From: Chiloscyllium plagiosum
Taxonomy: Eukaryota
Direction: 5' to 3'
DNA length: 40,591 nt
Assembly (NCBI RefSeq): GCF_004010195.1
Contig: NC_057760.1
Location: forward strand, 3,666,981-3,707,571
Positions 1-11,744 of the stretch are shown piece by piece; the first letter of the stretch is position 1; the number at the start of each line of letters is the position of its first letter. Made by a program: the position numbers and the translations under genes. The notes below the pieces were generated by a model. It searched no databases. It worked only from the letters and a program-made list of their open reading frames with translations, and was not told where the DNA came from.

Positions 1-796
1 TGTGAAGTCTGAAGAAGGCATCTTCCATCTCCGAGAAGACAGCCTGGTGTTGTCTATGTAGGGCAGAAGTGGATGGGAATGGCTACCTGTTTCAGATGGA
101 ACGTATTGTGGCTGCTGTTGGGGATTGTGAACAACATAACGTTCAGTACGGGTTCATATGCCGACTGCACAATAACGTGGGGAGAGTTAATTTAGGCATA
201 CAAACTATTAGGAAAGCCACGTTAGACTGATGAATGGATTCTCTATGTTCAAGTAATGCTGATCTTGTTCATGTTGATCTTGTCGAGTGCACGTCCTGTT
301 CAGTGTAACCTGTATGCCTTACTCTATTTCCACCCTATGCTCTGTCTGGCCATGCTTACGATGATCTTCCTCCACTGCTCATAAATAAAGTGTTTCCCTG
401 TACTGAGGTACACGTGGCAATAACTCAAACTAATCAATCCTGGGTAAAGTATGAAATTTCTCTCCCTGTCAATGTCTCTTTTGGAAATAAAAGAGACATT
501 GCTGCCACTTCTCGTGTTTCAGTGTCACCATTTCTTCATCTCTCACAGCTCTACAGATTAAACACTCAGCTTATTCACTCTATCCTCATGTTACCATCAT
601 TCGTGTCTGTGGTAAGGAGATCATTCCTTACAAAGGAGATCAACTCTGTAGAGTGTGCCCCAAATGCTCTCTCAGCAAGGCTCTACAACAGCAGGAAGAT
701 GGCTTTACTTATGTACACGAATCATCTTACACTGAAGGACAGCATACCATTGACTGCAGCCATTACTTACACAGGGTTTGATTCGGAGCAGTCAGC

Positions 797-2150
797 ATAG
801 ACTTGTGAGTGGGAGATCATGCTTCCCAAATTTGCTAGATTTCTTTGATGAAGTGACCAAGAAGGTTGATGAGGATAGAGCGGCAGGCGTAGTCTCTATA
901 AATTTCAGCAAGGCCTTTGACAAGGTCCCACATGGCAGGCTGTTCCATCACGTGGAATGCTGGGGGAACTGGTCAATTCGATACACAGTTGGCTTGTTGG
1001 TAGGAAGCACAGGGTTTAATGGAGAGATACTTGCCAGACCGAAGGCTGGGTCCATTGCTGTTTGCTATCTATGATTTGGTTGAGAATGTACAAGGCATGA
1101 TTAGTAAGTTTGCAATGACGCTAAAATAAGTGGGAGCGTGATCAGTGAGGACGTTTATCAGAAATTGCAGCAGGACCTTAAGCAGGTGATGAAGTTGACC
1201 GAGAAATGGCAAATGGAATTTAATATAGAAGTGTGAGATCTTGCATTTTGAAAACTCAAATCAAGGTAGGAGTTTCATGCTGAATGGCTGGGCCTTATGG
1301 TTTGCAGTGGGCAGAGAGACCTTGGCGTTCATGTGCATGGTTCTGTAAGAGTGGGGCTGAAAATGTGTTGCTGCAAAAGCGCAGCAGGTCAGGCAGCATC
1401 CAAGGAACAGGAGAATCGACCTTTCGGGCATACACCGTTCTTCAGGAATCTGAAGAAGGGCTTAATCCCAGAAACGTCGATTTTCCTGTTCCTTGGATGC
1501 TGCCTGAACTGCTGCGCTTTTCCAGCAACACATTTTCAGCTCTGATCTCCAGCATCTGCAGTCCTCACGTTCTCCTCTGTAAGAGTGGGGTCATAGTTAG
1601 ACAGAGCAGTGAAGAAGGCATTTGGCACACCGGCCTTCGTCAATCAGGGCATTGAATATACAAGTTGGGAATTTATGTTGCAGTTATACAGGCCTTTGGT
1701 AAGGCCGCACTTGGAGTATTGTGTTCAGTTTTGTCACCTTGTTACAGGGAGGATGTTATTAAATTAGAAAGAATGCAGAAGAAATTTACAAGGACGTTGC
1801 CAGGACCCAATGGTCTTAGTTATATGGAACTGTTGGAAAAGCTAGGACCTTTTCTTTAGCGTATCGGAGACTGAGGGGGGTGAGGTAGAGGGCCATTATA
1901 GAGCTGTATACGATCATGAGGGGTATGGATAGGGTGAATGTGCTCAATTGGTTTCCAAGGTGTAGAGAATCGAGGACGAAAGGGGATCAGTTTAAGGTTA
2001 GGGAGGAAGGAATAAAAGGGAAATTGAGGGGGCATTTCTTTACATAGGGGGATAGTACATGGATGAGCTGCCAGCAGATGTGGTTGAGGGGGATACATTA
2101 ACAACATTTGAAACGCATTTCGATAAATATGTGATAGGAAAGTGGAGTAG
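797..2150 (+). mobile_element. Decayed CR1-clade LINE, 3' part of ORF2 (reverse transcriptase)
   Basis: ORF 778-1074 reads SCFPNLLDFFDEVTKKVDEDRAAGVVSINFSKAFDKVPHGRL, a typical CR1 RT motif. Later fragments include REDVIKLERMQKKFTRTLPG. Frameshifted, and interrupted at 1357-1575. Confidence 0.85.
1357..1575 (+). mobile_element. Non-autonomous Penelope-like mini-element (inverted pLTR pair) with hammerhead cores
   Basis: About 90-bp inverted arms plus a ~35-nt tail (...gcatctgcagtcctcac). Flanked by the 15-bp duplication tctgtaagagtgggg (1342-1356 and 1576-1590). Same terminal sequence as the RT-bearing element at 36177-37588. Confidence 0.8.
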
Positions 2151-2888
2151 AACCAAACACCCAGAAAAGCTCGCCTCACCTCATAATCTGTTAAAATATG
2201 ATTGACACAGGTCTCCTAAATTCCACTATTTAAACAAAAGTAACAAGTTAGTTTCTTAACTTTAATAGTGAACACTAAACAACAACTATTCAGAAATACA
2301 AGCCCCTCTTTTGTTAACTACTTACTAACTGACTGCATCTCTGTAAAAATATGCTGTTCCAACAACCCACATATTAAACATTACAATCTCAAGACCACAC
2401 AGTCTCCATCTTCCCCGCTGTGTTCACTCTTCCAGCTGCTGATCTCCCTGGGTCATGTTTTGTTTACTGCAAGTAGGTTTGTCATGAAAATCTATCTTTG
2501 ATAGAGAGTGTTTGAGATGGCCAGTTAGCACTTCTGCTCTACAGCAGTTACTCTGCTGTTGGATGGTAGTATCTCTCCCTCTAGTGTAAAAAATGCTGGG
2601 TTTATATACTCCCTATGATACAATAATTCTCACAATGTGATTGCTTTCCAGGTGTCCAAACAATAATATTCAAATTCCGTTGGCTTCTGGTATCCTGAGC
2701 GTTATTTAAACTCCTTGATTGCATTTGAATTGCTGTCAAAACAGCAACCAAAACTCAGGTATCCATTTCCCAGCTAATCATTGCATTTGGAACAGTCTGA
2801 CATTTAGCTGGCATCTTTGGCTGTACTTTCTATTCAGCAAAACCCGTTCTGTCTTCAAGTGACCAGACATGCTTTCGGCTTCATAACG
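2151..2888 (-). repeat. 3' LTR of the Gmr1-like element (left end lost or truncated)
   Basis: Minus strand reads PPT gaaggggggaga then cgttatga, matching the inverted terminus tgttatga at 8133-8140. Shares cccagaaaagctc..cataatctgttaaaa with 8178-8215. Confidence 0.7.
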
Positions 2889-3099
2889 TCTCCCCCCTTC
2901 AGGATTAAAATATGAACCATCAGAATGAAAACATGGCTTCATTTCTTTTCCTCTAATTCTTAATCCCATTTTTACAAAAAGCAGAAGCATTAATCTCAGT
3001 TATACCATTCATATTAATTCTGCACACATATATAACACTAGAATAAGTCAAATGTTATCTACACTTCTTCCTTTAAATTCACGATAACACATCTGCTAT

Positions 3100-3925
3100 A
3101 ACATTTTTACGACCCATAGCGTACGCATTTTGTAATTTTAAATGCGGTAACATAAGACTCCAATGAAATAGTCTCATATTTTCGTCTTTAAATATCCCCC
3201 AAAAATACGAGAGCATTGTCGTTGTTGTCCGCAACTGTCTCCGACAATTTGTCATGTGAACATTAAAATACTGTCAGGCCAGTATGAAACTCAATCATTC
3301 TTTTTCAATAATGGGGATGTTGTATTTGTTTCTGGTGGATATTGAGCTTTTTCGATATGTAGCCAATTGGCCATTCAATTCCATCATCATCTTTCTGCAT
3401 CAATACATCTCCGAGCCCTATATCCCTAGCATCAGACACAATTTTCAAAGGATTTCAAAATATTTGGTGCAGCTAAAACTGATGCAGTGATTAAATCTGC
3501 TTTAAAATTCTCAAATGTCTCCTGGCATTGTTCTGTCCAACACAATTCTGTGGTGCCAATACGCTGCTGAAGTTTGCAACAAACTTCCGATTGAATCCAC
3601 TCAGTTCGAATAACTGAAGCACCTTTTTCTTCGAGGATGCTCGTGGAAATTCCTCAAAGCCCTTCGTCTTTGTATTCAATGGGGTCAACCTTCCATGTCC
3701 AATGTAATGTCCCAAGAACATCACCTCTGCCTTCGCGAATTCTGTTTTCTTTAAGTTTACTACCAGGTTTGCTTCTTGTAATCGTTCAACATGCTCTGCC
3801 AACTGTAACATGTGAGCTTTCAATCACTTGCTAAAGATCACTATATCATACGGATAAATGGCACAATTTGTTCATCTGGCCACAACTCTGTTCCTGAGTC
3901 TTAAACGTGGCTGAAGCATTATTTA
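3100..3925 (-). pseudogene. Gypsy RT C-terminal half and RNase H remnant
   Basis: ERLQEANLVVNLKKTEFAKAEVMFLGHYIG (ORF 3491-3823), degenerate YxDD (IYPYDIVIFS ~3830-3860), and SDARDIGLGDVLMQ..WPIGYISKKL. The RT N-terminal half appears deleted near 3925. Confidence 0.8.
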
Positions 3926-4155
3926 TTCACATGACATATTCGATAACGTTTTTGTCATATCTGGTATTTTTACCAGATAGTTTAATTGACTCAACATTTT
4001 TTTTAATTTGAAAGGGACCACTAAATCTGGTTTTAAAGGGATTTCCTATCACTGCTGGCAATGCTAATACGTCATCCCCATCTGCTTTACTCTATGTTGT
4101 GCCCTCTTCTGGTGCTGTTTCGCTGACTGACCTACTCAATGTAATCTCTCCCTCA

Positions 4156-4378
4156 CCTGAAAAATGTGTTGCTGGAAAAGCGCAGCAGGCCAGGCAGCAT
4201 CCAAGGAGCAGGAAAATTGACGTTTCGGGCATAAGCCCTACTTCTGAAGCCTTTCCTGAAGAAAGGCTTATGCCTGAAAAGTCGATTCTCCTGCTCCTTG
4301 GATGCTGCCTGACCTGCTGCGCTTTTCTAGCAACACATTTTTCAGCTCTGATCTCCAGCATCTGCAGTCCTCACTTTC
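4156..4378 (+). mobile_element. Non-autonomous Penelope-like mini-element (inverted pLTR pair)
   Basis: Inverted arms aaaatgtgttgctggaaaagcgcagcagg.../...cctgctgcgcttttctagcaacacatttt plus tail. Flanking duplication tctctccctca (4145-4155 and 4379-4389). Core ctgaaga-aaggcttatgcct-gaaa at 4256-4279. Confidence 0.8.
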
Positions 4379-4809
4379 TCTCTCCCTCAACTCAATTAGA
4401 TAATCCAAGTGTGAGATCTCCGACTTCGGTCCTGTCAATTTATAATTAATAAATGTCCAAAAACCTCTCACTTCATGTAGGAATATGAACTGAAAGGAAG
4501 TAAACGGAGGAGATTTATTTGGGGCATCTTCGATGTTAAGCAATTTAAAGGGGCACCTTTATCCCAATCATTTGGCCAATCCTGACAGTACGCTCTCTCC
4601 CTCAACTCACTTAGATAATCCAAGTGTGAGATCTCCGACTTCGGTCCTGTCAATTTATAATTAATAAATGTCAAAAAACCTCTCACTTCATGTATGAATA
4701 TGAACTGAAAGGAAGTAAAAGGAAGAGATTTATTTGGGGCATCTTCGATGTTAAGCAATTTAAAGGGGCACCTTTATCCCAATCATTTGGCCAATCCTGA
4801 CAGTACGCT
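4378..4809. repeat. 215-bp tandem duplication inside the integrase remnant
   Basis: Two near-identical copies; matching ORF starts at 4543 and 4758 are offset by 215. Confidence 0.9.
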
Positions 4810-5870
4810 GTAAACATGATCTTCAGTGTCTGATGCTAACTCTTCAATGCTCCCTGGGATTCAGGATGGCAGACCCTTGATTTGAAGTGCTGTATGCCTA
4901 AGCTATCCATGACTTCCTTAAACAGCTGAGCGATAAAATGAGACCCTTGGTCTGACTGAATCTCTCTGGGTAGGCAACAGCGAGAAAAGAAAGCTACCAA
5001 CCCCACCACCTCCCGTTTTGCCTTAACACTTCGTAACGGAATTGCCTCTGGAAACCTGGGAGACACATACATTATGGTCAGCAAATATTGGTTTCCACTT
5101 TTATTTTAGAAAGGGGAGCTACACAATTAATCATAACCTACAGGAAAGTTTCTTCGAATGCAGGAATTGGCAGTAAAAGTGCAGTTTTATTACTGCCTGT
5201 GACTTGCCTACCCTTTGGCATGTATGACATGTAAAACAAAAATTAACCACGTCCTTGTGCATTCCTAGCCACTAGAAATGCTTCTGTCCCTTAGCCTGAG
5301 TCTGTACACCTAGGTGAACACCTGCAGTTAGTTCGTGTGCTACCCGTAACACAGTATGCTACCGGTAACACGATCTAGTGCACTTCAGCCCATTTCCCTT
5401 CTGAACTAACCGATCGTTTCTCTCCACGTTCAGGTGTTTTCCTGCACCATTACATCAAACAGGGTGTCATGTCAGTTAACTGAATATCAACTCCTTTGTC
5501 TTTTTCTTGTTTTTTTTTTTCCTTCCTGCTGTACTTATGACAGTGGGATCTTGTTAGTACACAATGTGGAAAAATTCCTGGGTATAGTTCTTTTAACCCG
5601 TCAGTTTCCTATTTTTCATTTGACTTCTCCACCACAAGGGGTGTCTCTCCCACCTTGGATCCTGCTAAACCGTTCCCAAGAATAAAGCATATTCCTGGAA
5701 CTGACAGTCTGTCACTCACTCTCACTTTTACTTCCCCAATCTTGAATTGGAACTCCAACCTGATGATTCTGTACCCCAACCTTAATTTCTGTCCCATTCC
5801 ACCAATTATCACGCTCTTGAGTAACATGTCAGAAAGAGTGAAAATACTTCCATCTCTTACAATTAGGGGG

Positions 5871-6530
5871 TGAGAGAAAGTGAGATCTGCAGATGCTGGA
5901 GATCCGAGTGGAAAACTGTGGGGCTGGAAAAGCACAGCAGGTCAAGCAGTATCCGGGAGACAGGAGCGTTGACGTTTCAGGCACAAGTCCTTCAGCAGGA
6001 AAGTGGGGGGTAACGGAGGGGGAAGGGGGTTGAGAAATAAATAAGAGGGTGGAGGTGTAGCTGGGTGAAAGGTAACATGGAAGGTGATAGGTAGATGCTG
6101 TCGGGTGTGGTGATGATAGGTCGGAGAGGAGGGTGAAGTGGATAGGTGGTAGGTTAGCTGGACCCCTCAAACTATACAGCATCAACATCAACTTCACCAA
6201 ATTCCAAATCTCCCCTCCCCCTACTTCATCCCAGATCCAACCGTTCAAATTAACACCGCCCTCTTGAACTGTCTTAATTGTCCATCGTCCTTCCCACCTA
6301 CCCACTCCACCCTCCCTTCCGACATATTACTATCACTCCCTCCTACATCTTCCTATAGCCTTCCCAGTGACCCTCCCGCCAGCCCAGCTCCTACACTCCT
6401 ATTTATCTTTCAGCCCCCTTGTCCCCAAACCACATTCCTGACGATGGGTTTATGCCAGATATGTCGATTGTCCTGATCTTCAGATGCTGCCTGATCTGTT
6501 GTGCTTTTCGGGCGCCTCACTTCTCAACTA
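5871..6530. mobile_element. Penelope-like inverted pLTR insertion splitting the gypsy protease
   Basis: Left arm is the reverse complement of the PLE tail (gagaaagtgagatctgcagatgctggagatc). Right arm carries an endonuclease-like end (SININFTKF), a C-rich 3' region and a degenerate hammerhead core. Confidence 0.7.
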
Positions 6531-6779
6531 TTAGAGACTGAGCAGATCTCGTATCTCACAAAATTATGATTTGTTGTCGTTCCCCTCCCCCCCCTCCCCC
6601 CCCACCCCCGCCCTTTCTGAGTAAAGTTTATCCATAGAGGCAAATTCTTTAGAGAGATCAGGCACTGACTCCATACCTAGCCCCTGCCTCGGCTGTGCAC
6701 TCTCCTGCAGCTTCTCGCCACCACTTGGGGTCTCCTTTACCAGGTTCACTAATGCCACTGGCTTAGCCTCTTTTACCAG

Positions 6780-7960
6780 ATCTTTTCAAAAAAATGCCTT
6801 CCTTCAATGCCCAGCACTGTGTCCCCCAGCTTACAGCAGTGAAAACACTTTTTTCCCAGTGGCCTTCTTAAACCCTCAGCACTCTAATTTTAGGTGTTCC
6901 ACTCCCTTATAGTGAGAACACCTGAGGCCTTTCACCTCCTTTCAATCCCCTTGGGCTTCTTTTTTTTTATTTGTGCTAAACTATTGTCAGCATGCTCTAC
7001 TGTTCACTTTGCAGTGTAGGATCTCACCTTCTCCCAATTTCTGTCCCTCACCGGATGAAAATCCTCCCAGAAGCTACACTTCATCTCATGCACCAATGTA
7101 TTTTACCTGCCATTTCTGCCGTACCTCTCACTTCTTGAACTTTCTATTTATTCATGTGAATTCTTACCGTCTCTGGAAGTGAGTCTTTAAACTCCTCCAG
7201 CAGAATAATCTCCCTTCGAGCCTCATAGGTCTTATCCAGTTTTAAGGCCAGCACCCATCTATCAAAATGACTGTGGTTAATTCTTTCAAACCAACATAAG
7301 TCTGACTTGGTCTCTATATTTCTGAACCTCTGTCTATATTCTTCTAGTACCAATGCACAACCACACAAAATAGCCAGTTTGATATCAGCATAATCTCTTG
7401 ACCCGTCATCCAACAGCGCTGCACATAGCTCACTAGTTGTGCCCATCTGCTAAGTCTAAACTAGCATTACCCACAAGTTCACTGGACATACCATCAGCCG
7501 AGCCTTTTTTTTTTCAAATGAAATAAAAACAGATTTTGACATTTTTCTCACCAAGGTATGGCAATGTATTAACATAGCTGTATATACCCCGACGTTCTCC
7601 CTTCATCTCCATCCTGTTAATTTAACTTTCTTGTCTAATTCCCAACTTCTGAATTTCAAATTCTCTCTCTCTTTTTCCACTCTTTCCCTTTCTCTTTGTT
7701 CTCTCTCTGTTTCCGTCCCTTTATTCATCTTCTAAATCCAGTTGCCATATTTGCAATTTAAGTTTTTTATAACTCTACTGCAGTTGCCTGTTTCTATAAC
7801 ACACCAAAGTGCTTGACCAACACCATTACAATTTCAGATTTCCTTTTGTCCCTGGTTAAACCGAATTCCAACCGATTTGCTAATTCTAAAAAAAAGTCCT
7901 TCTGTCTTTCTAAACTTCCTTGGCAAATTTGGGAACCTCTTTAGTAATGTTAAAAGTCAT
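6780..7960 (-). pseudogene. Gypsy gag remnant (SCAN-related capsid; degenerate zinc knuckle)
   Basis: DYADIKLAIL..EEYRQRFRN..FDRWV..REIILLEEFKDSLPETVRIH; CFHC motif at ~6835-6850. Confidence 0.7.
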
Positions 7961-8132
7961 TTCTCTCACTTTTAATTAAACCAACCACAAGTTAACAAAA
8001 TTAAATGCATTTTCTGACCTGTTTTATTTGAAGATCTAGGTCACTAATTGCCACATGTTGGAATCTGCTGGGACCTTTTGTACCCCAAATCTGTTCAAAT
8101 CTTTCCAAATCCCATACGGCAAGGCCGCAAAA

Positions 8133-8270
8133 TGTTATGACATCAATGTTGAAACCCTTTGTTAATTAAAACCACATACCCAGAAAAGCTCTCCTCACAT
8201 CATAATCTGTTAAAACATGGGTGACCGAGAACTCATAAATTCCACTAATTAACGAAAAATTACAATTTAT
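8133..8270 (-). repeat. 5' LTR remnant of the Gmr1-like element
   Basis: Begins tgttatga and matches 2151-2250; truncated where a Penelope fragment starts. Confidence 0.65.
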
Positions 8271-8279
8271 ATATATGCA

Positions 8280-8655
8280 AGTTAACTCGCTGAGCTTGAA
8301 GGTTTGTTTTCAGACTTTTCGTCACCATGACTAGGTGACATCATCAGTGAGAGTTTCGCTGAAGTGCTGGTGGTATGTACCGCCTCTCTATTTATAGGCC
8401 TTGGTTTCTTAAGGTGGGTGATGTCATTTACTTTTTTTTAATTACAAGAGAAGATAGATAGGATTTAAATTGATGTGTTTATTGATGGACGTCTTGTTAG
8501 AATACCATTCCTCGAAGAACGTCCTTGCGTGTCTTAGCATGTGCGTGTGTTGTTCCAGTCAAAGTGGTGCCCTTCTTTGTCTGTATTATGGAACATAGTG
8601 ATAGTGGGTCATGTCTTTTGGTGGCCAGTTGGTGTTCATGTATCCTGGTAACACC
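8280..8655 (-). mobile_element. Penelope-like 3' fragment (GIY-YIG endonuclease C-terminus), a different family from the other PLEs here
   Basis: Minus strand translates RIHEHQLATKRHDPLSL..TDKEGHHFDWNNT..SINKHINLNPIY, followed by a hammerhead core. Confidence 0.75.
8313..8347 (-). ncRNA. Minimal hammerhead ribozyme motif
   Basis: ctgatga-t-gtcacc-tagtcat-ggtgac-gaaa-agtc: CUGAnGA, perfect 6-bp stem II, GAAA, then GUC. Confidence 0.65.
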
Positions 8656-9344
8656 ACAACGGGACCATTTCAATCACGGAAAAAATGATTTTATATACAC
8701 TGTTTAATAAATGTGTGTGTGCAGATAAGTAACATTTTTCACGTGTGCACAACACATTCTAAATAAACAACGGAGACACGGTTAACGAAAAATGATGCAT
8801 ATGATGTATATAATTTATAAAACATTAAAACATTATTTGATCCTCATTTAAATTGATATATTCCCCTTCTCTCAATGTTCTTTCCCTTTCTGGATTTCCC
8901 TACTCTTGTCTCTAATTCTTATCAGGATGTGTGTTATAAATTCTTGCTTCTGGTATCCAACTTATTTCAGTTCATCCCCTTTCTTCCAAGAATGAAATAT
9001 ATTGGCCTGTTGGGTTCTTTCCAAAGCTGGTGTCTGTCATATTATTGGAGATAAAATTTCTGGCATCAGACCCAGCATTTGAACATATTAATCTGTTGTA
9101 CATGCACTGTACAAAGGACCACAGCACACACGAATTGCCAAAACATTGAGGGATGTACATCTACTTCTTTCAATAATCTAGTTTCCTCATTTTCACATTT
9201 CCTCATCTATATCTTCTCTCTCTTTCTCTCCTTGTAGCGAGTTAAGAAATTTACCAATTATTCTTCACGTGCCTTCTCTTAAAACATCTTCTTTCAATTT
9301 ATATCAATTGCTCTCTTCTCGATGTAATGCGATTATAATTGGGC

Positions 9345-9610
9345 AAAGTAACTCCAAGACATTCGGGAGGAGCTGGCCAGAGTTAATTGGAAGGGGAGCC
9401 GAGCAGAGAAGACCTTGGAGCAGCAAAAGCAGGAATTTCTATGGAAAATTCGGAGGATATCAGAAATTTATCCCAAAGGAGATGAAACATATTCATTAGA
9501 GGGCAACGCAGCCATGAGTGGTCAGGCAAGTCAGGGACAGCATCAAACCAAAAGAGGAAACATACAATGTGGTGAAGATGATTGGGAATCCAGAGAATTC
9601 ATTGACTCTG
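9345..9610 (+). mobile_element. Old CR1-like LINE fragment (ORF2 linker region)
   Basis: Frameshifted REELARVNWKG..LEQQKQEFL..FIPK-like peptides resembling the CR1 endonuclease-RT linker. Confidence 0.45.
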
Positions 9611-9974
9611 GAACTACATAAGGCTGGCACCACTGACACTACAGAACTCTAGATCATGGTCAGGGAGAGAAACAAGGAAACACATTCACCTCAAACACAG
9701 AAGATCGTATTACTCAAGGAAAAACAGGTTCAGATGAATTAAACAATTGAATTAAAATCAGTTAATTGGTTTTGGAGAATGTGCCAGATTGGAAGCATGA
9801 CCCGGGGAGAGACCCTCAGCAGAATGAGAATATGAAAATTGAAGTATTTCCACAGTAGAAACCAGAATAGGTCACTGAGTACAGGGCTGATGGGTGAATG
9901 GGTCTCGATTTGAACTAAGGGACAGACAGCAGAATTGCATTGCAGACATTGCAGCTCAAAACTGCGTATTTATA

Positions 9975-10770
9975 TAGTGCTGTAGACCACAGCAGCAGGA
10001 CAAGCAGACCTGCATTCAACCACAGCCTGTAACATTTTGCCCGGGATAAGCTCCTCAGTCTGCCATTACCATCAACACGATCTATGGTTCAGTGACGAGT
10101 GTGGGTGAACATGTCAGGGTCAGAACCACGTGAACCTAAACCTGATGCTAACACATGAAAGCTACCACACTCGACCAAAAGATGTGATCAATGCTCCGCA
10201 GCCCTGCCACATTCAGTCAGAAATGGTGATGGACGATTAAACAAATGACTGGAGGAAAGGACCTCACAACTATCCCCATCCTAAATAATTGAACAGCCCT
10301 GTCCACCAGTGTAAAAGACCAGGGTGCATTATCTGCACCATCCCCAGCCAGAAGTGTCGAGTTGATGATCTACCTCACCCTCGTCATGATGCCCAAAGAA
10401 TCACAGATGCCCGTGTTCAAACAATTTGATTGGCTGCACATGACATGAAGAAACAGCTGAACACAGTAGATACGATAAAAGCAATGGGACCTGATACCAT
10501 TCCTGCTATAGGACTGAAGACTTGTTTTGCACAACAAGCCGTGTCCCTGGGGAAGCTGTTTCATTCCAGCTCCAACTCTGACATCTCCCTGGCAATGTGG
10601 AAAATTACTCAAATATGTCCAGTCTCCTAAGAGGGGAATAATTACAGTCTAACCAATTACTACTCCTCAGTCCCATCACGATAGACAAATTGATGGGAGT
10701 TCTTTTTGACAGAGCTGTCAGGCAGCACAGAAATAACCTGCTGAGTGTGGTTTCCGATCGGACCCCATGT
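9975..10770 (+). mobile_element. Decayed LINE ORF2 fragment, same family as 12930-15744
   Basis: DTIKAMGPDTIPAIGLKTC..LGKLFHSS..MWKITQICPV, homologous to ORF 13902-14168. Confidence 0.75.
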
Positions 10771-10803
10771 AGAGATGGTGCTGATGTGGAAATGTCACTG
10801 GAT

Positions 10804-11404
10804 TGTATGGAATATAAAGAACATGAGAGCATGGGAAGAGTTAAAGCATGAAGGCCACTGGCAATCTGTGGTGTGTGTAAGGTAAGGTGGAATAAGAATA
10901 TTGGAATGTTCCTTCACTAATTATCAGAGTAAGTTTAAGGCTGAAAGGTCACTATGGCGATTAGAGATAACACAAGTAAAAAAGCTATTACGTATTATTA
11001 TGACAATATTGGGACAATAAATATTTGGGACATGACATTAAATATCTAATTGCTAGTTTGTAGAGTTAGCTTGAGACAGGAGACTATTGTAACAGATGGA
11101 AAAGCAAAATATCTATTATGACAGGTTAGTCTGGAATTGAAGATCACTGAATTAGCGATAAATATCTAACCATGACATTAGAATAACATTAAGTAGAATG
11201 TACAACTGAAGAGATAATGGGAACTAACATCACTGGTTTATTGTGTAGCTAGAGTGAGGTACTGTGATTAACATAGTTGTACATGCTGATAAGCTAACAG
11301 AAACAGATAAAACAAATATATAAAAATCCACGGACCCCGAAGTTCGGGGGCATTCGAGAATCTGCTTTCTCAGTATCACGGATTTTTGTTTGAAAATAAG
11401 ATCA
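10804..11404 (+). repeat. Possible solo or truncated LTR-like segment
   Basis: AT-rich block starting tgt, with tataaaa at ~11319 followed by the hairpin ccccgaagttcgggg. No target-site duplication found. Confidence 0.3.
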
Positions 11405-11744
11405 ACTCTTCAATGGTCTCGGAAACGGCCAAGCAAGACACTATATTGTATCAAACTGCTCCGAGGTTTAAAAGGATAAAACTGGAAGAACACCCGGACC
11501 CAGCCTCGGTACCGGAAAAAGGGAAATGGAAAGGCAGTCCTGTTGACCCTGCAGAGACCTCTTTCCTAACATCTGAGAACTTGTGACAACATTTGCAGAG
11601 CTTTCCCTCAGACTGCACATGAACATCGGGAAAGGAGGAGGTCATTCGATACATTGAGCCTTCCCCATTCTAGTTCATGTTCAAACATCTCCTCAATGCA
11701 CTTATCCCACACAATAAATATATCTGTTAATGTGATTAACCTTG

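Larger units (their letters stand above)
3930..5400 (-). pseudogene. Gypsy integrase remnant (interrupted)
   Basis: rve-core motifs in ORF 4836-5084 and C-terminal RFSGPFQI..NYLV module at ~3960-4040. Interrupted by the insertion at 4156-4378 and a tandem duplication. Confidence 0.8.
2151..8270 (-). mobile_element. Decayed Gmr1-like Ty3/gypsy LTR retrotransposon (gag-PR-IN-RT-RNaseH)
   Basis: Direct repeats at ~2151-2250 and ~8170-8270. Minus-strand remnants in order: gag (7144-7446), protease (IL*DTRSAQSL ~6540-6565; FILGNGLAG ~5660-5690), integrase (4836-5084 RFPEAIPL..EIQSDQGSHF..HPESQGAL; GPF module ~3960-4070), RT (3491-3920), RNase H (~3100-3490). Polypurine tract at 2890-2900. Confidence 0.8.

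Noticed and set aside
9..40. Hammerhead-like ctgaaga at the window start
   Set aside because: No GAAA box or convincing stem II.
390..800. 136-aa ORF
   Set aside because: No recognisable domain, non-ATG start, and it lies among decayed repeat tails.
8109..8131. PBS of the Gmr1-like element
   Set aside because: Correct position and faint tRNA-Pro resemblance, but too degenerate to assign.
8680..9280. Possible env-like or exon fragment (QINMFKCWV on the minus strand)
   Set aside because: Short, stop-interrupted, and no supporting motifs.
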